Shown piece by piece: positions 1-9,713 of a stretch of 64,000 nucleotides of DNA. The notes under the pieces were generated by a model. The model saw only the letters and a list, made by a program, of their open reading frames with translations. It searched no databases and was not told the DNA's origin. The stretch comes from Gemmatimonadales bacterium. GTDB taxonomy: Bacteria; Gemmatimonadota; Gemmatimonadetes; Gemmatimonadales; GWC2-71-9. The DNA lies in the NCBI GenBank assembly GCA_036501385.1, contig DASYAK010000013.1, positions 21,023-85,022 on the forward strand. Direction: 5' to 3'. Position 1 is the first letter of the stretch. Each line of letters starts with the position of its first letter. The translations under genes and the position numbers were made by a program.

Positions 1-267
1 CGGCACTTCTCGCCCGAGGAGACAGTCGCCGAGGTCGCGGTCAACTGCCGCACCGCCGGGTGGGGATGCATCGACTGCAAGCGAGTGCTGGCCGATAACA
101 TGAGCGAGACGCTGGCGCCGGTTCGCGAGCGCGGACACGAGCTCGCGGCGCATCCCGGCCGGGTCGACATAGCGCTCGCCGAGGGGCGCAAGGCGGCCAC
201 GCGCCACGCATTACGGACCATGACGACGGTGAGGCGACGGATGGGCTTTCTCCGGGAGGCGGAATGA
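1..267 (+). CDS. trpS: tryptophan--tRNA ligase, C-terminal fragment (gene starts upstream of the window)
   Basis: Frame 1 is open from base 1. The translation ...CRTAGWGCIDCKRVLADNMSETLAPVRERGHEL... fits the conserved TrpRS C-terminal block (GC.DCK..L......L.PIRER). The TGA at 265-267 overlaps the next ATG (ATGA). Confidence 0.75.
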   Translation, partial: RHFSPEETVAEVAVNCRTAGWGCIDCKRVLADNMSETLAPVRERGHELAAHPGRVDIALAEGRKAATRHALRTMTTVRRRMGFLREAE

Positions 268-1274
268 CCAACAGCTCGCCGATGCTGGCGCGCGTGCTGA
301 AGGCGGCGGTGCTTCGCGGCGCGTCGGATGTGCACGCCAAGGCCGGCGATGTCTTTCGCGCGCGGGTCGAGGGCGAACTCGTCCCGCTCACCAAGCAGCG
401 GCTCACGCCGCAGCAGACGCGCGCCTTGGCGGCGATGTTCGCCGGGATGTCGTCCGAGGACCCGCGGCTGGAGACGCTGCGCGACTTCGACTGCTCGTGG
501 GGTGTTCCGGGCGTCGGCCGGTTCCGCATCAACGTGCTGCGGCAGCGTTCGTCGTTCATGATGGTGCTGCGGGTGATTCCGTTTTCGGTGCCCACGCCCG
601 AAGGACTCGGCCTCCCCGATATCGTGACACACCTGGCGGAGACGCCGTCGGGGTTGCTGCTGGTGACCGGTGCGGGTGGCTCGGGGAAGACGTCGACGAT
701 CGCCGCGATGGTGCATCATATCAATCGCAGCCAGAAGCGGCACATCGTCACGCTGGAGGATCCGATCGAGTTTCTCCACCGCGACCTGTCGAGTTCGATC
801 TCGCAGCGCGAGATCGGCACCGACACCGACGACGTGGCCACCGGGCTGCAGGCCGCGCGGCGACAGGATTCCGACGTGATCGTCCTGAGCGACCTGCGCG
901 AGGCGATGGCGATCGACCGCGCCATCCGCGCCTCGGAGTCGAGCGCGCTCGTGCTGGCGTCGGTCACGGCCTTCGATTGCGTCGCGGCGATCCTGCAGAT
1001 GATCGCGACGCTCCTCCCCGATGAACGCGAAGTGGGACGCACCCGGCTGGCCGAAGTGCTCCGCGGCATGGTCGCGCAGCGACTGGTGCCGAAAGGGAAG
1101 GGGGGCGGGCGCAAGGTCGTGATCGAATGGTTCGAGATGACGCCGGCGATTCGCGAGGCGATCACCGCCGGCGCCGATGCGCCGACGCTGCGGAAGGCGA
1201 TCGAGAAGGCGGCGAAGGACGGCAAGGCCGAACTCTTCCCGCGCGGTCCCGACGCCGTGCGCGAGCCGGGTTGA
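264..1274 (+). CDS. pilT: PilT/PilU-family type IV pilus retraction ATPase-like protein with divergent catalytic boxes
   Basis: 336 aa. It aligns without gaps, from memory, to PilT. Walker A is GAGGSGKTST and the Asp box is TLEDPIEFLH. The Walker B region reads DSDVIVLSDLRE and the His box reads SESSALVLASVTA, with both His absent. The start overlaps the trpS stop, and the stop (1272-1274) overlaps the purA ATG. Confidence 0.8.
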   Translation: MTNSSPMLARVLKAAVLRGASDVHAKAGDVFRARVEGELVPLTKQRLTPQQTRALAAMFAGMSSEDPRLETLRDFDCSWGVPGVGRFRINVLRQRSSFMMVLRVIPFSVPTPEGLGLPDIVTHLAETPSGLLLVTGAGGSGKTSTIAAMVHHINRSQKRHIVTLEDPIEFLHRDLSSSISQREIGTDTDDVATGLQAARRQDSDVIVLSDLREAMAIDRAIRASESSALVLASVTAFDCVAAILQMIATLLPDEREVGRTRLAEVLRGMVAQRLVPKGKGGGRKVVIEWFEMTPAIREAITAGADAPTLRKAIEKAAKDGKAELFPRGPDAVREPG

Positions 1275-2554
1275 TGTTCGACCGGAAGCACAATTGCGTC
1301 GTCGTGGTTGGCGCGCAGTGGGGCGACGAGGGGAAGGGGAAGCTCGTTGACGTCCTCGCCGAGCAGGCGGACCTCGTGGTTCGCTACCAGGGCGGGGCCA
1401 ACGCCGGACACACCGTCGTCGTGGGCGAGCAGCAGGTGGTGCTGCACCAGATTCCCTCGGGGATCCTGCACCCGGGGGCGCGCTGTGTCGTCGGCAACGG
1501 CGTGGTGCTCGATCCCGAGACCTTCTTCGGCGAACTCGATCAGCTGGCGGCGCAGGGGATCGACGTCGCCGGCCGGCTGTTCGTCTCGGACCGGGCCCAT
1601 GTCGTCCTGCCGTATCACAAGCTCCTCGATCAGGCGAGCGAGAAGCAGCAGCAGATCGGCACGACCGGCCGCGGGATCGGCCCGGCGTACGAAGACAAGA
1701 TCGGCCGGCGCGGCGTGCGCGTCACCGATCTCTGCCGCGACGCCGACGCGCGCGATTTTCTCGCACCCCGCGTCGAACGGGCCAACGCGATGCTTCGCCT
1801 CATGGGCGCTCCTCCCGCCGCCGATCTCGACGCGCATGTCGAGCTCTTCCAGCGGCTCGGCACCAAGCTCCGTCCCCTCGCGACCGACACGGGGCTGCTG
1901 GTGCATCAGGCGCTGCGAACGTCGCAGCGAGTCCTCCTCGAGGGCGCCCAGGGTGCACTCCTCGATGTCGATCACGGGACCTACCCATTCGTGACATCGT
2001 CGAATACGACGGCGGGTGGTGCCGCAATCGGCGCCGGGATCGGTCCGACCGACATCGACGGCGTCCTCGGCGTGGTAAAGGCGTACACGACCCGGGTTGG
2101 GAACGGACCGCTGCCGACCGAGGCGACGGGCGATCTCGAAACCCGGCTGCGCGATCTTGGTGGCGAATTCGGCGCGACGACGGGGCGGCCGCGGCGCTGC
2201 GGGTGGTTCGATGCAACGGTGGTTCGCTATTCGGCGAGAATCAACGGGCTGACCGGTCTCGCGGTGACGAAGCTCGACGTCCTCGACACCTTCGCCGAGA
2301 TCCCGGTCGGCGTGTCATACCGGCTAGATCGTGCCGAATGTGCCGAGGTGCCAAGCGACGTGGAGACGCTGGAGCGCGTGGAGCCGGTCTACGAGGTCCT
2401 TCCGGGATGGCAGAAGCCCACGTCGGCGGCGCGGCGGCTGGCCGATCTGCCGCCTGCCGCGCGCGCCTATCTCGATCGCCTCGAGGATCTCGCCGGCCAG
2501 CCGATCCGGTACGTGAGCGTCGGGACCAGGCGCGATCAGATTATTGAAGTGTAA
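1274..2554 (+). CDS. purA: adenylosuccinate synthetase
   Basis: 426 aa from the internal ATG at 1274. The N-terminus is MFDRKHNCVVVVGAQWGDEGKGKLVDVL, followed by GGANAGHT and GTTGRGIGPAYEDK motifs. The upstream part of ORF 1127..2554 lies inside the pilT-like gene. Confidence 0.95.
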   Translation: MFDRKHNCVVVVGAQWGDEGKGKLVDVLAEQADLVVRYQGGANAGHTVVVGEQQVVLHQIPSGILHPGARCVVGNGVVLDPETFFGELDQLAAQGIDVAGRLFVSDRAHVVLPYHKLLDQASEKQQQIGTTGRGIGPAYEDKIGRRGVRVTDLCRDADARDFLAPRVERANAMLRLMGAPPAADLDAHVELFQRLGTKLRPLATDTGLLVHQALRTSQRVLLEGAQGALLDVDHGTYPFVTSSNTTAGGAAIGAGIGPTDIDGVLGVVKAYTTRVGNGPLPTEATGDLETRLRDLGGEFGATTGRPRRCGWFDATVVRYSARINGLTGLAVTKLDVLDTFAEIPVGVSYRLDRAECAEVPSDVETLERVEPVYEVLPGWQKPTSAARRLADLPPAARAYLDRLEDLAGQPIRYVSVGTRRDQIIEV

Positions 2555-2565
2555 GAAAGAGAGAA

Positions 2566-2607
2566 GAGAGACGAGAGAACGTAACAGGCAGACTTCTCTC
2601 GTCTCTC
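2566..2607. terminator. bidirectional hairpin of GA/TC repeat element A, between convergent purA and the pilX-like gene
   Basis: There is a perfect 14-bp stem, GAGAGACGAGAGAA (2566-2579) with TTCTCTCGTCTCTC (2594-2607), and a 14-nt loop. T/C-rich runs follow on both strands. The whole element spans about 2553-2630. Confidence 0.6.
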
Positions 2608-2626
2608 GTCTCTCGTCTCTCTTCGT

Positions 2627-4639
2627 TTACTGCGACTGCAACCTCGTGAAATACGCGGCGATTCCAATGCTGTTGAGCCACACCGGATCGATCTCGTAGT
2701 ACCGGCTGGGAATGAAGCGGCCGGTGGTCGGGAAGTACGGCGGCGGATTGACCGAGCCGCACGCATCGTAGGTATGTGCCTCGGCCCACCCGTAGTACCC
2801 GGATCCATAGTACGTGGCATCATCGACGCGCCCCTCGGCGAGGCCACCGGTGACGCGCACGCAGCCGTTGACCGCGGTACCGCATGACTGGTTGATCGCG
2901 GAGATGTCCCAGTTCGAGTTGGCGCTGCCCGGCTCCGCGCCCGAGGTGGGGAAGACGCTGGTGTAGTAATTCCACGGCGACGTGACTCCTTCGCCGTACC
3001 AGTTGCCGTTCGTCCCGGATCCATCACCGGCGGCGAGGAGGAACATGTTGTAGTTGGCATCGTTGGTGTCGTCGAATCCGCCGTACACCTTGCCGTTGAC
3101 GCCGAATGGTGTCTGGAGATTGTTGTCCTCGATCACCACGTCCTTGGTGGCGATGGCGCCGAAGATGTCGCCGGTGGCGCTGCAGTTGGTGCCGGGAGGA
3201 TTCTGGTAGAGAAGGTCGTCGGCCATCACGATGTTGCCGGTGGCGAAGACCGACACGCGGCCGCGCAGCTTGCCGCTGAGTGCCACGTCGCCGTTGACGT
3301 AGATCACGCCCTTGAAATTGGGGTTGGCGCCCAGGGGAATCAGGTACGACGCGTCGCCGGCCCGGACGCCGGTGAGCGAGGCGAATGCTCCGGAGCGACG
3401 CTTCCGCCACCATCCGAAATTGTTGGAGGCGAGCGGGAGATTGGTGATCGTCGAGTCGGGCGTCAGCGTGTCATGGGTGACGCCGGTGAAAAGATGCGGG
3501 TCGCCACCCAGGTAGCAGCGCCGCTGATCGGTGGTGCTGCTGAGAAGGGCGCGGACCGCCGTGCGCCCGCCGGAACCTCCGCCGGTGCCGTCGTAGACGC
3601 TGTCGGCCGTGAAGAATTGCGTCGGCCCGGTCCCGTTGATCTGGGTGACGCCGCCGCAGTTGCGCGAGATCATGTTGGGGTCGTCCGACTGTGTCGTCCC
3701 GCCCGGGACCGACGGCCAGCGCCGGCCGGTGGCGTAGGCGAGCACCGAATCGCCGGTGTTTGCCGGTATCCAGACCCGCATGAATCCTTCGTCCCAATCG
3801 ATCAGCCCGTTGCCGTTGACGTCGATCGTCACGAACTCGATGCGCAGCCCCGGCTTGGTCGAACCGGTGGTGAGCGAGGTGAGGTCGTAGTCACCGCCCG
3901 CCGCGTCGCCGTCCTGGGCATACTGCTGCATCAGCGCGATGCGGGCCGGCGTCGGCCAGGGAATCGGCGCCACGCCGGTCTTGAAGCCGAGATCGAAGCG
4001 TCCCGACCCCGATCCGGTGATCGAGCCGACCACGTTCACCGAGTTGGTGAAGAGGGTGCCGCTGCCGGCGCCGCAGCCGGTCTGGATGATCAGCCCGCTG
4101 TTGGAAAAGAATGGCCCGTTGACCGATTCGCCGCAGCCATATTCGGCGCTGCCGCTCCAGTTGTTGATGGCAACCGCGAATTTCGCCCACGATTCCTGGG
4201 TCAGCAGGAGGCGCCGCGCGGCGACGGCGCCGCGGGTGTCGCTGATGATCGACAGCGCGCTCGCGAAGTTGCTGCCGTACTGACCGGCCGTTGCGGCTCC
4301 GCCAGTGCGTCCACCGGTGCGGCCGACGTAGAGCGAGAGATTGATGCGCGGCTCGGCGTTGCCCAGGGCGTCGAGAACGGGGACCTGCGACGCCAGGGTG
4401 GTAAATCCGGTCGCGGGGAGGAGTGAATCGAAGACTCCGCGATTGAGCGAGTCGCGAATGATCTCGAGCCCGCCGTCGGCCGACGATTGCAGCAGCGCTT
4501 CCTTGGCGTTGTACCGTGTCGACAGGTCGGCGCCGGATGAGAGGAGCACGCCGCCGAGCGCGATGCCCGCGACGGCGATCGCGATCAGCATGGCCATGAA
4601 AAGGGCAGCGCCGCGGCGATTCAGGGATCCGGTCAGCAT
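2627..4639 (-). CDS. large PilX_N-domain protein, putative pilus-tip or minor-pilin-associated adhesin
   Basis: 670 aa. The N-terminus NRRGAALFMAMLIAIAVAGIALGGVLL resembles the PilX N-terminal hydrophobic segment. The rest is Gly/Asn/Thr/Ser-rich. It is the last gene of the minor-pilin operon, 16 nt after the pilW-like gene. Confidence 0.55.
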   Translation of the reverse strand: MLTGSLNRRGAALFMAMLIAIAVAGIALGGVLLSSGADLSTRYNAKEALLQSSADGGLEIIRDSLNRGVFDSLLPATGFTTLASQVPVLDALGNAEPRINLSLYVGRTGGRTGGAATAGQYGSNFASALSIISDTRGAVAARRLLLTQESWAKFAVAINNWSGSAEYGCGESVNGPFFSNSGLIIQTGCGAGSGTLFTNSVNVVGSITGSGSGRFDLGFKTGVAPIPWPTPARIALMQQYAQDGDAAGGDYDLTSLTTGSTKPGLRIEFVTIDVNGNGLIDWDEGFMRVWIPANTGDSVLAYATGRRWPSVPGGTTQSDDPNMISRNCGGVTQINGTGPTQFFTADSVYDGTGGGSGGRTAVRALLSSTTDQRRCYLGGDPHLFTGVTHDTLTPDSTITNLPLASNNFGWWRKRRSGAFASLTGVRAGDASYLIPLGANPNFKGVIYVNGDVALSGKLRGRVSVFATGNIVMADDLLYQNPPGTNCSATGDIFGAIATKDVVIEDNNLQTPFGVNGKVYGGFDDTNDANYNMFLLAAGDGSGTNGNWYGEGVTSPWNYYTSVFPTSGAEPGSANSNWDISAINQSCGTAVNGCVRVTGGLAEGRVDDATYYGSGYYGWAEAHTYDACGSVNPPPYFPTTGRFIPSRYYEIDPVWLNSIGIAAYFTRLQSQ

Positions 4640-4655
4640 GGGATGTCTCGCGGAC

Positions 4656-5846
4656 TCAGGGGGTCGAAGGGGTGACGTTCAGCGTGGTGATCGTCGATTC
4701 CGACGGGGTGCAATCCTGGGCGGAAACGCCAAAGGTGTAAGGCGTGCCTGGCGTGTTGTCCGAGATTTCTTCGGTGTAGCTCGTCTGGCCCGCCGAGCGG
4801 CGGACCACGGCAAGCGGATCGGACCAGGTCGTGGCGCCCTGGAGCTTGCGGTAGAGGATGTACTGCAGCACATCCTGCTCGCCCCCATCCTGGTCGACCG
4901 ACCGGTTCCACGTCAGCCAGAGACGCCCGCTTCCGGCGACCGTATCGACCACGGTGAAGGTGGTTGGCGAGAGCGGCGCACGCCCGCAGACGGTTGGAAC
5001 CGGGATGCCGTTGTTGGGCACCTGGATCGTCGTCTGGACATCGCGGAATCGCTCGGTCGTTCCGGACTGGCCATTGGTGAATCGCATGTTCAGTTCGATG
5101 GCGCGCACCGAATCGGGGCGCACATAATTGCCGCTGTCGCTGGCGGAGATCCCGGCGATCAGCGTCCGGCGCTCGAGCGGAAGATTGCCGGCCGGTTCCA
5201 CGATCAGCGTGTCACCTGTGGTCAGGGTGCGGCGCTGGAGGTACATGAAGAACGGCTTGCCGTTCGGATGCGGCAGAATGTTGCGCGCGACGAGCGCCGG
5301 CGTGCCATTGTTGATCCGCTGCCAGAGGATATAGTCGTCAGTCCGTGCCGTTGACGAGTCGGGCGAGAAGTAGAGGATGTATGTCTCGGCCGGCGACGGG
5401 TCGCCGCTGGGCAGGGTGTAGCTGGTCGGCGGATAGGAGTACCCAGTCCCGGGGATCACGCCGGAATTGGTGACGTCCCATGCGATCGTCTCGGCGGTTG
5501 GCGTCTCGGCATTGAAGTACGCGGCCCAGCGGGTGTCGACCGTGTCCCGCTCGATGTAGTCGGTATTGAACGCCAGGATGCTGCTATCGCCGTAGACGAG
5601 GACCGGCTGGTTGTTGGGTACGCCGGCTCCCATCGTGCGCACGACGCGCTCGGCGTCCTCCAGGGCGCCCCGGGCATTCTGGAGCATGTCGTAGCGCTGC
5701 TCGTTCGTGCCGAAGAAGCTCGACTGCGAATGGAAGAGCGCGAACGCCGCACCGGTCACGGCGACGGCCATCGTCATCGCGATCAGGAGTTCGACCAGGG
5801 TGAATCCCGACCGGCGTCTGCGGAATGGTGATCGCATGGCGCGCAT
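4656..5846 (-). CDS. PilW-like type IV pilus minor pilin (prepilin-type N-terminal methylation domain)
   Basis: 396 aa from the ATG at 5846. The sequence MRAMRSPFRRRRSGFTLVELLIAMTMAVAV has the G/FTLxE prepilin motif. The upstream 159 codons of ORF 4656..6323 overlap the pilV-like gene in another frame. The start overlaps the pilV-like stop (ATGA). Confidence 0.7.
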   Translation of the reverse strand: MRAMRSPFRRRRSGFTLVELLIAMTMAVAVTGAAFALFHSQSSFFGTNEQRYDMLQNARGALEDAERVVRTMGAGVPNNQPVLVYGDSSILAFNTDYIERDTVDTRWAAYFNAETPTAETIAWDVTNSGVIPGTGYSYPPTSYTLPSGDPSPAETYILYFSPDSSTARTDDYILWQRINNGTPALVARNILPHPNGKPFFMYLQRRTLTTGDTLIVEPAGNLPLERRTLIAGISASDSGNYVRPDSVRAIELNMRFTNGQSGTTERFRDVQTTIQVPNNGIPVPTVCGRAPLSPTTFTVVDTVAGSGRLWLTWNRSVDQDGGEQDVLQYILYRKLQGATTWSDPLAVVRRSAGQTSYTEEISDNTPGTPYTFGVSAQDCTPSESTITTLNVTPSTP

Positions 5847-6238
5847 CACGGGCTCGCTACGACGGAGGTGACCGACACGGTATCGCGCAGGCTCGGGTCG
5901 ATGACGCGCACCGTGATCGTGGTCCGGTCGCGAGGTGGCGTACCCGACTGGTCGCGCACCATCGTGGTGATGCGGCGCATGCGCGGATAGTCGGGGAAGC
6001 CGGTCGTATCGGCACCGGCGCCCGCGTTGTACAGCGTGACCAGCGAGGTGTAGCGCGGGTCGGCCCGGATCAGCTGCATCCGGTCGGAAGCGATGCCGGC
6101 AGCCACCACGCGAACCGACGAGGTGCCGAGGGTCTTGCCGAAGAGTGCGGCAAAGCGGGCCACGCCGATGGCGAGCACCGTGAGGACAACGATCGCCACC
6201 AGGATTTCGATGATGGTGAAGCCGCGGCGCTGGTGCAT
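5846..6238 (-). CDS. PilV-like type IV pilus minor pilin
   Basis: 130 aa. MHQRRGFTIIEILVAIVVLTVLAIG carries the prepilin cleavage/methylation motif. It abuts the FimT-like stop at 6239. Confidence 0.7.
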   Translation of the reverse strand: MHQRRGFTIIEILVAIVVLTVLAIGVARFAALFGKTLGTSSVRVVAAGIASDRMQLIRADPRYTSLVTLYNAGAGADTTGFPDYPRMRRITTMVRDQSGTPPRDRTTITVRVIDPSLRDTVSVTSVVASP

Positions 6239-6808
6239 TCAGTTGGCTCGCTTCCAGGAACCGGTCGCGTAGGAGTACCAGACGACGCGGCCGGTCGAGC
6301 GGGAGATGGCGATCGCGCGGCAATGGGCGCAGTTGGGATCGTAGCCCGGGCCATGGACGTAGAGAGTGCCGCTGTGATCAGCCGATCCGTCGCGATGGAA
6401 CGTCACTGTGGAGATGGCGGTGCCGTCATCGGGCGCTGGAATCGCGGGTGCGGTGGACTGGCCGTAGGAGAAATTGTTGTCGAGCGGGACGATCCGGACC
6501 CGTTCGCCGGCGTCGGCGCCGCCGTTGTCGTTGGCATCTTCGAGGATCTCCATTCGCCCGCTGTCGGGGAAGGTGATCACGGTGTTGGTTTGAAGCGACA
6601 GTGCCACGCGCTGCGCAGTGGCGAGTTCAGCCATCGCCCCGCGTGCAGCGGCGTCCGCCTGATAGCGGCGCCAGTCCAGGTGCGTCAGAGCGGCTCCGGA
6701 CAGGATTCCGATCATCACGATCACGATGACGAGCTCAAGCAAGGTGACACCCCGCGTCCCCAGGGTTCGCCCGAGTCTTGCGGTGCGCGTGCGTGGTGTC
6801 TCGATCAT
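6239..6808 (-). CDS. GspH/FimT-family pseudopilin
   Basis: TRGVTLLELVIVIVMIGILSGAAL is a prepilin-type N-terminus. The ATG at 6808 gives a 20-aa leader, and an alternative GTG at 6838 gives a 30-aa leader. This is the first gene of the minus-strand pilin operon. Confidence 0.7.
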   Translation of the reverse strand: MIETPRTRTARLGRTLGTRGVTLLELVIVIVMIGILSGAALTHLDWRRYQADAAARGAMAELATAQRVALSLQTNTVITFPDSGRMEILEDANDNGGADAGERVRIVPLDNNFSYGQSTAPAIPAPDDGTAISTVTFHRDGSADHSGTLYVHGPGYDPNCAHCRAIAISRSTGRVVWYSYATGSWKRAN

Positions 6809-6897
6809 GACAGGTCCGCCCTGATCAGCAAGAAACACGACGGTTTGTTACGTTTTGGCGCCTTACTGCAGTCTTCCACCTTAGCCAGTATCGCCCG

Positions 6898-8246
<1,349 letters not shown>

Positions 8247-8250
<4 letters not shown>

Positions 8251-8519
8251 CGTTCGAGCGATCGACCAGTCTCGGTGCCGCCGAGATCATTGCGCGGGCC
8301 AAGCGATTCTTCGCCGAGCGGGTGCCGCACACGGCGGCCTTTCCCGAACGCGAGGGGCCGACCTTTCTCCTGTTGCGCGGGCAGGGAGGCGAAGAGGTCT
8401 CGCTCGCCGTTGTGGCCAAGGACGGCATCAGTCATGTGCGGGCGTCGACGCTGCTCTTCGATCAGGCCGTCGACCGCTTCCTCTCCACCTTGCCCGACGC
8501 CGCCGGAGCGATCCCGTGA
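8247..8519 (+). CDS. hypothetical 90-aa protein
   Basis: The ATG at 8247 overlaps the glyQS stop (ATGA). The stop overlaps the next GTG (GTGA). I recognised no motif. Third codon positions are G/C-rich by eye. Confidence 0.5.
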
Positions 8520-8776
8520 GCGACGAGATTCCCGTGCGGGTCCGGGTGCTCGAGGCGTGGGAAGACATCGTGCTGCACGTCGCACCGCCGACCCGGATCG
8601 GCGATCTCAAGCGCCAGGCGCTCGACGCAGCCCGCGTCACCGAGCCCGCGACGCATTTTCTCGTCAAGTTCCGCGGCGCCGAACTGCGGGATGAATCGCG
8701 GTCGGTCGCCGACGAGCGCGTTCCACCCGATGCCGCGTTGATCGTGCTCCGTCGTCGGCGAGTGCCGGTGCGCTGA
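8516..8776 (+). CDS. small ubiquitin-like (beta-grasp pattern) protein, 86 aa
   Basis: The GTG at 8516 is overlapped by the previous stop. The sequence VRVRVLEAWEDIVLHVAPPTRIGDLKRQ...LVKFRGAELRDESRSVADERVPPDAALIVLRRRR follows the ubiquitin pattern. There is no C-terminal GG. Confidence 0.45.
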   Translation: MSDEIPVRVRVLEAWEDIVLHVAPPTRIGDLKRQALDAARVTEPATHFLVKFRGAELRDESRSVADERVPPDAALIVLRRRRVPVR

Positions 8777-8782
8777 CGCGCG

Positions 8783-9673
8783 ATGCGCGTCTTCACGTCA
8801 GCGGCCACCCTGCTGCACGATCCTGGTCACGGTCATCCTGAGCGGCCGGCGCGCCTCAACGCGGTGCTCGCGGTACTTCGTTCGCGCCCCGACATCCAAC
8901 TGATTGAAAGCGCACCCGCCGCGCTCGATGCACTCGCCGGCTGTCACGACCCCGCGTATCTCGGACGAGCTCGCGCGCTGAGTGCCGCGGGTGGTGGTGA
9001 ACTCGGTCCCGACACGATCCTGGGGCGCGCCAGCTGGGATGCGGTGCTGGGCGCATCCGGTGCGGCGCTCGCCGCGCTCGATGCCGCGCTCACCACCGGC
9101 GTGAACACCTTCGCTGCAATCCGGCCTCCCGGGCACCACGCCCTTGGCAATCGTGCGATGGGCTTCTGCGTCGTGAATCACGCGGCGGTGGTGGCCCACA
9201 CCGCCCGTCGGGCCGGTCGGGATCGTGTGCTGATCGTCGACTGGGACGTACACCATGGCAACGGAACGCAAGCGCTCGTGGAGGACGAACCCGGAATCCG
9301 GTTCGTCTCGATGCATCAATGGCCCTGGTACCCCGGAACTGGCGCGGCGGATGAGCGCGGGGTGGGGAACATCTTCAATGTGCCGATGCCGCCCGGGCTT
9401 CCAGCGGCGACGTACGTGACGGCACTCTGGCGCGCGATCGAGCGCGCGACGACGGACTGGGCGCCGGACCTGCTGCTGATCTCGGCGGGTTACGACGCGA
9501 TGCGCGGCGACCCGCTCGGCGGATTCACGCTCGAACCCGGTGATTTCGCGACCTGGGTCGACCGGCTGCGCGATCGCTTCCCCGGCATCCCGATCGTGGG
9601 TCTCATGGAAGGCGGGTACGCACCGGCACGCCTGGCGCAGGGGGTCGCGGCAACGGTCACCGCACTCGCCTGA
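8783..9673 (+). CDS. histone deacetylase-family (arginase fold) deacetylase / acetylpolyamine amidohydrolase-like
   Basis: 296 aa. RPPGHHA, DWDVHHGNGTQ and GYD motifs are present. Confidence 0.85.
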   Translation: MRVFTSAATLLHDPGHGHPERPARLNAVLAVLRSRPDIQLIESAPAALDALAGCHDPAYLGRARALSAAGGGELGPDTILGRASWDAVLGASGAALAALDAALTTGVNTFAAIRPPGHHALGNRAMGFCVVNHAAVVAHTARRAGRDRVLIVDWDVHHGNGTQALVEDEPGIRFVSMHQWPWYPGTGAADERGVGNIFNVPMPPGLPAATYVTALWRAIERATTDWAPDLLLISAGYDAMRGDPLGGFTLEPGDFATWVDRLRDRFPGIPIVGLMEGGYAPARLAQGVAATVTALA

Positions 9674-9713
9674 AGCTGCCATTACCTTCACTGATTCTTC
9701 GACGCGAGACCTC

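Noticed and set aside
2553-2630. GA/TC repeats as a CRISPR array or simple microsatellite
   Set aside because: There is no repeat-spacer periodicity and no cas genes. Each locus is a single inverted (or one-armed) tract confined to an intergenic spacer. I report these as a dispersed hairpin/polypurine element instead.
6839-6897. T-box or other leader upstream of glyQS, and promoter hexamers in the divergent pilin/glyQS spacer
   Set aside because: A spacer of about 60-90 nt cannot hold a T-box, and I found no specifier or terminator structure. Hexamer assignments were not convincing enough to report.
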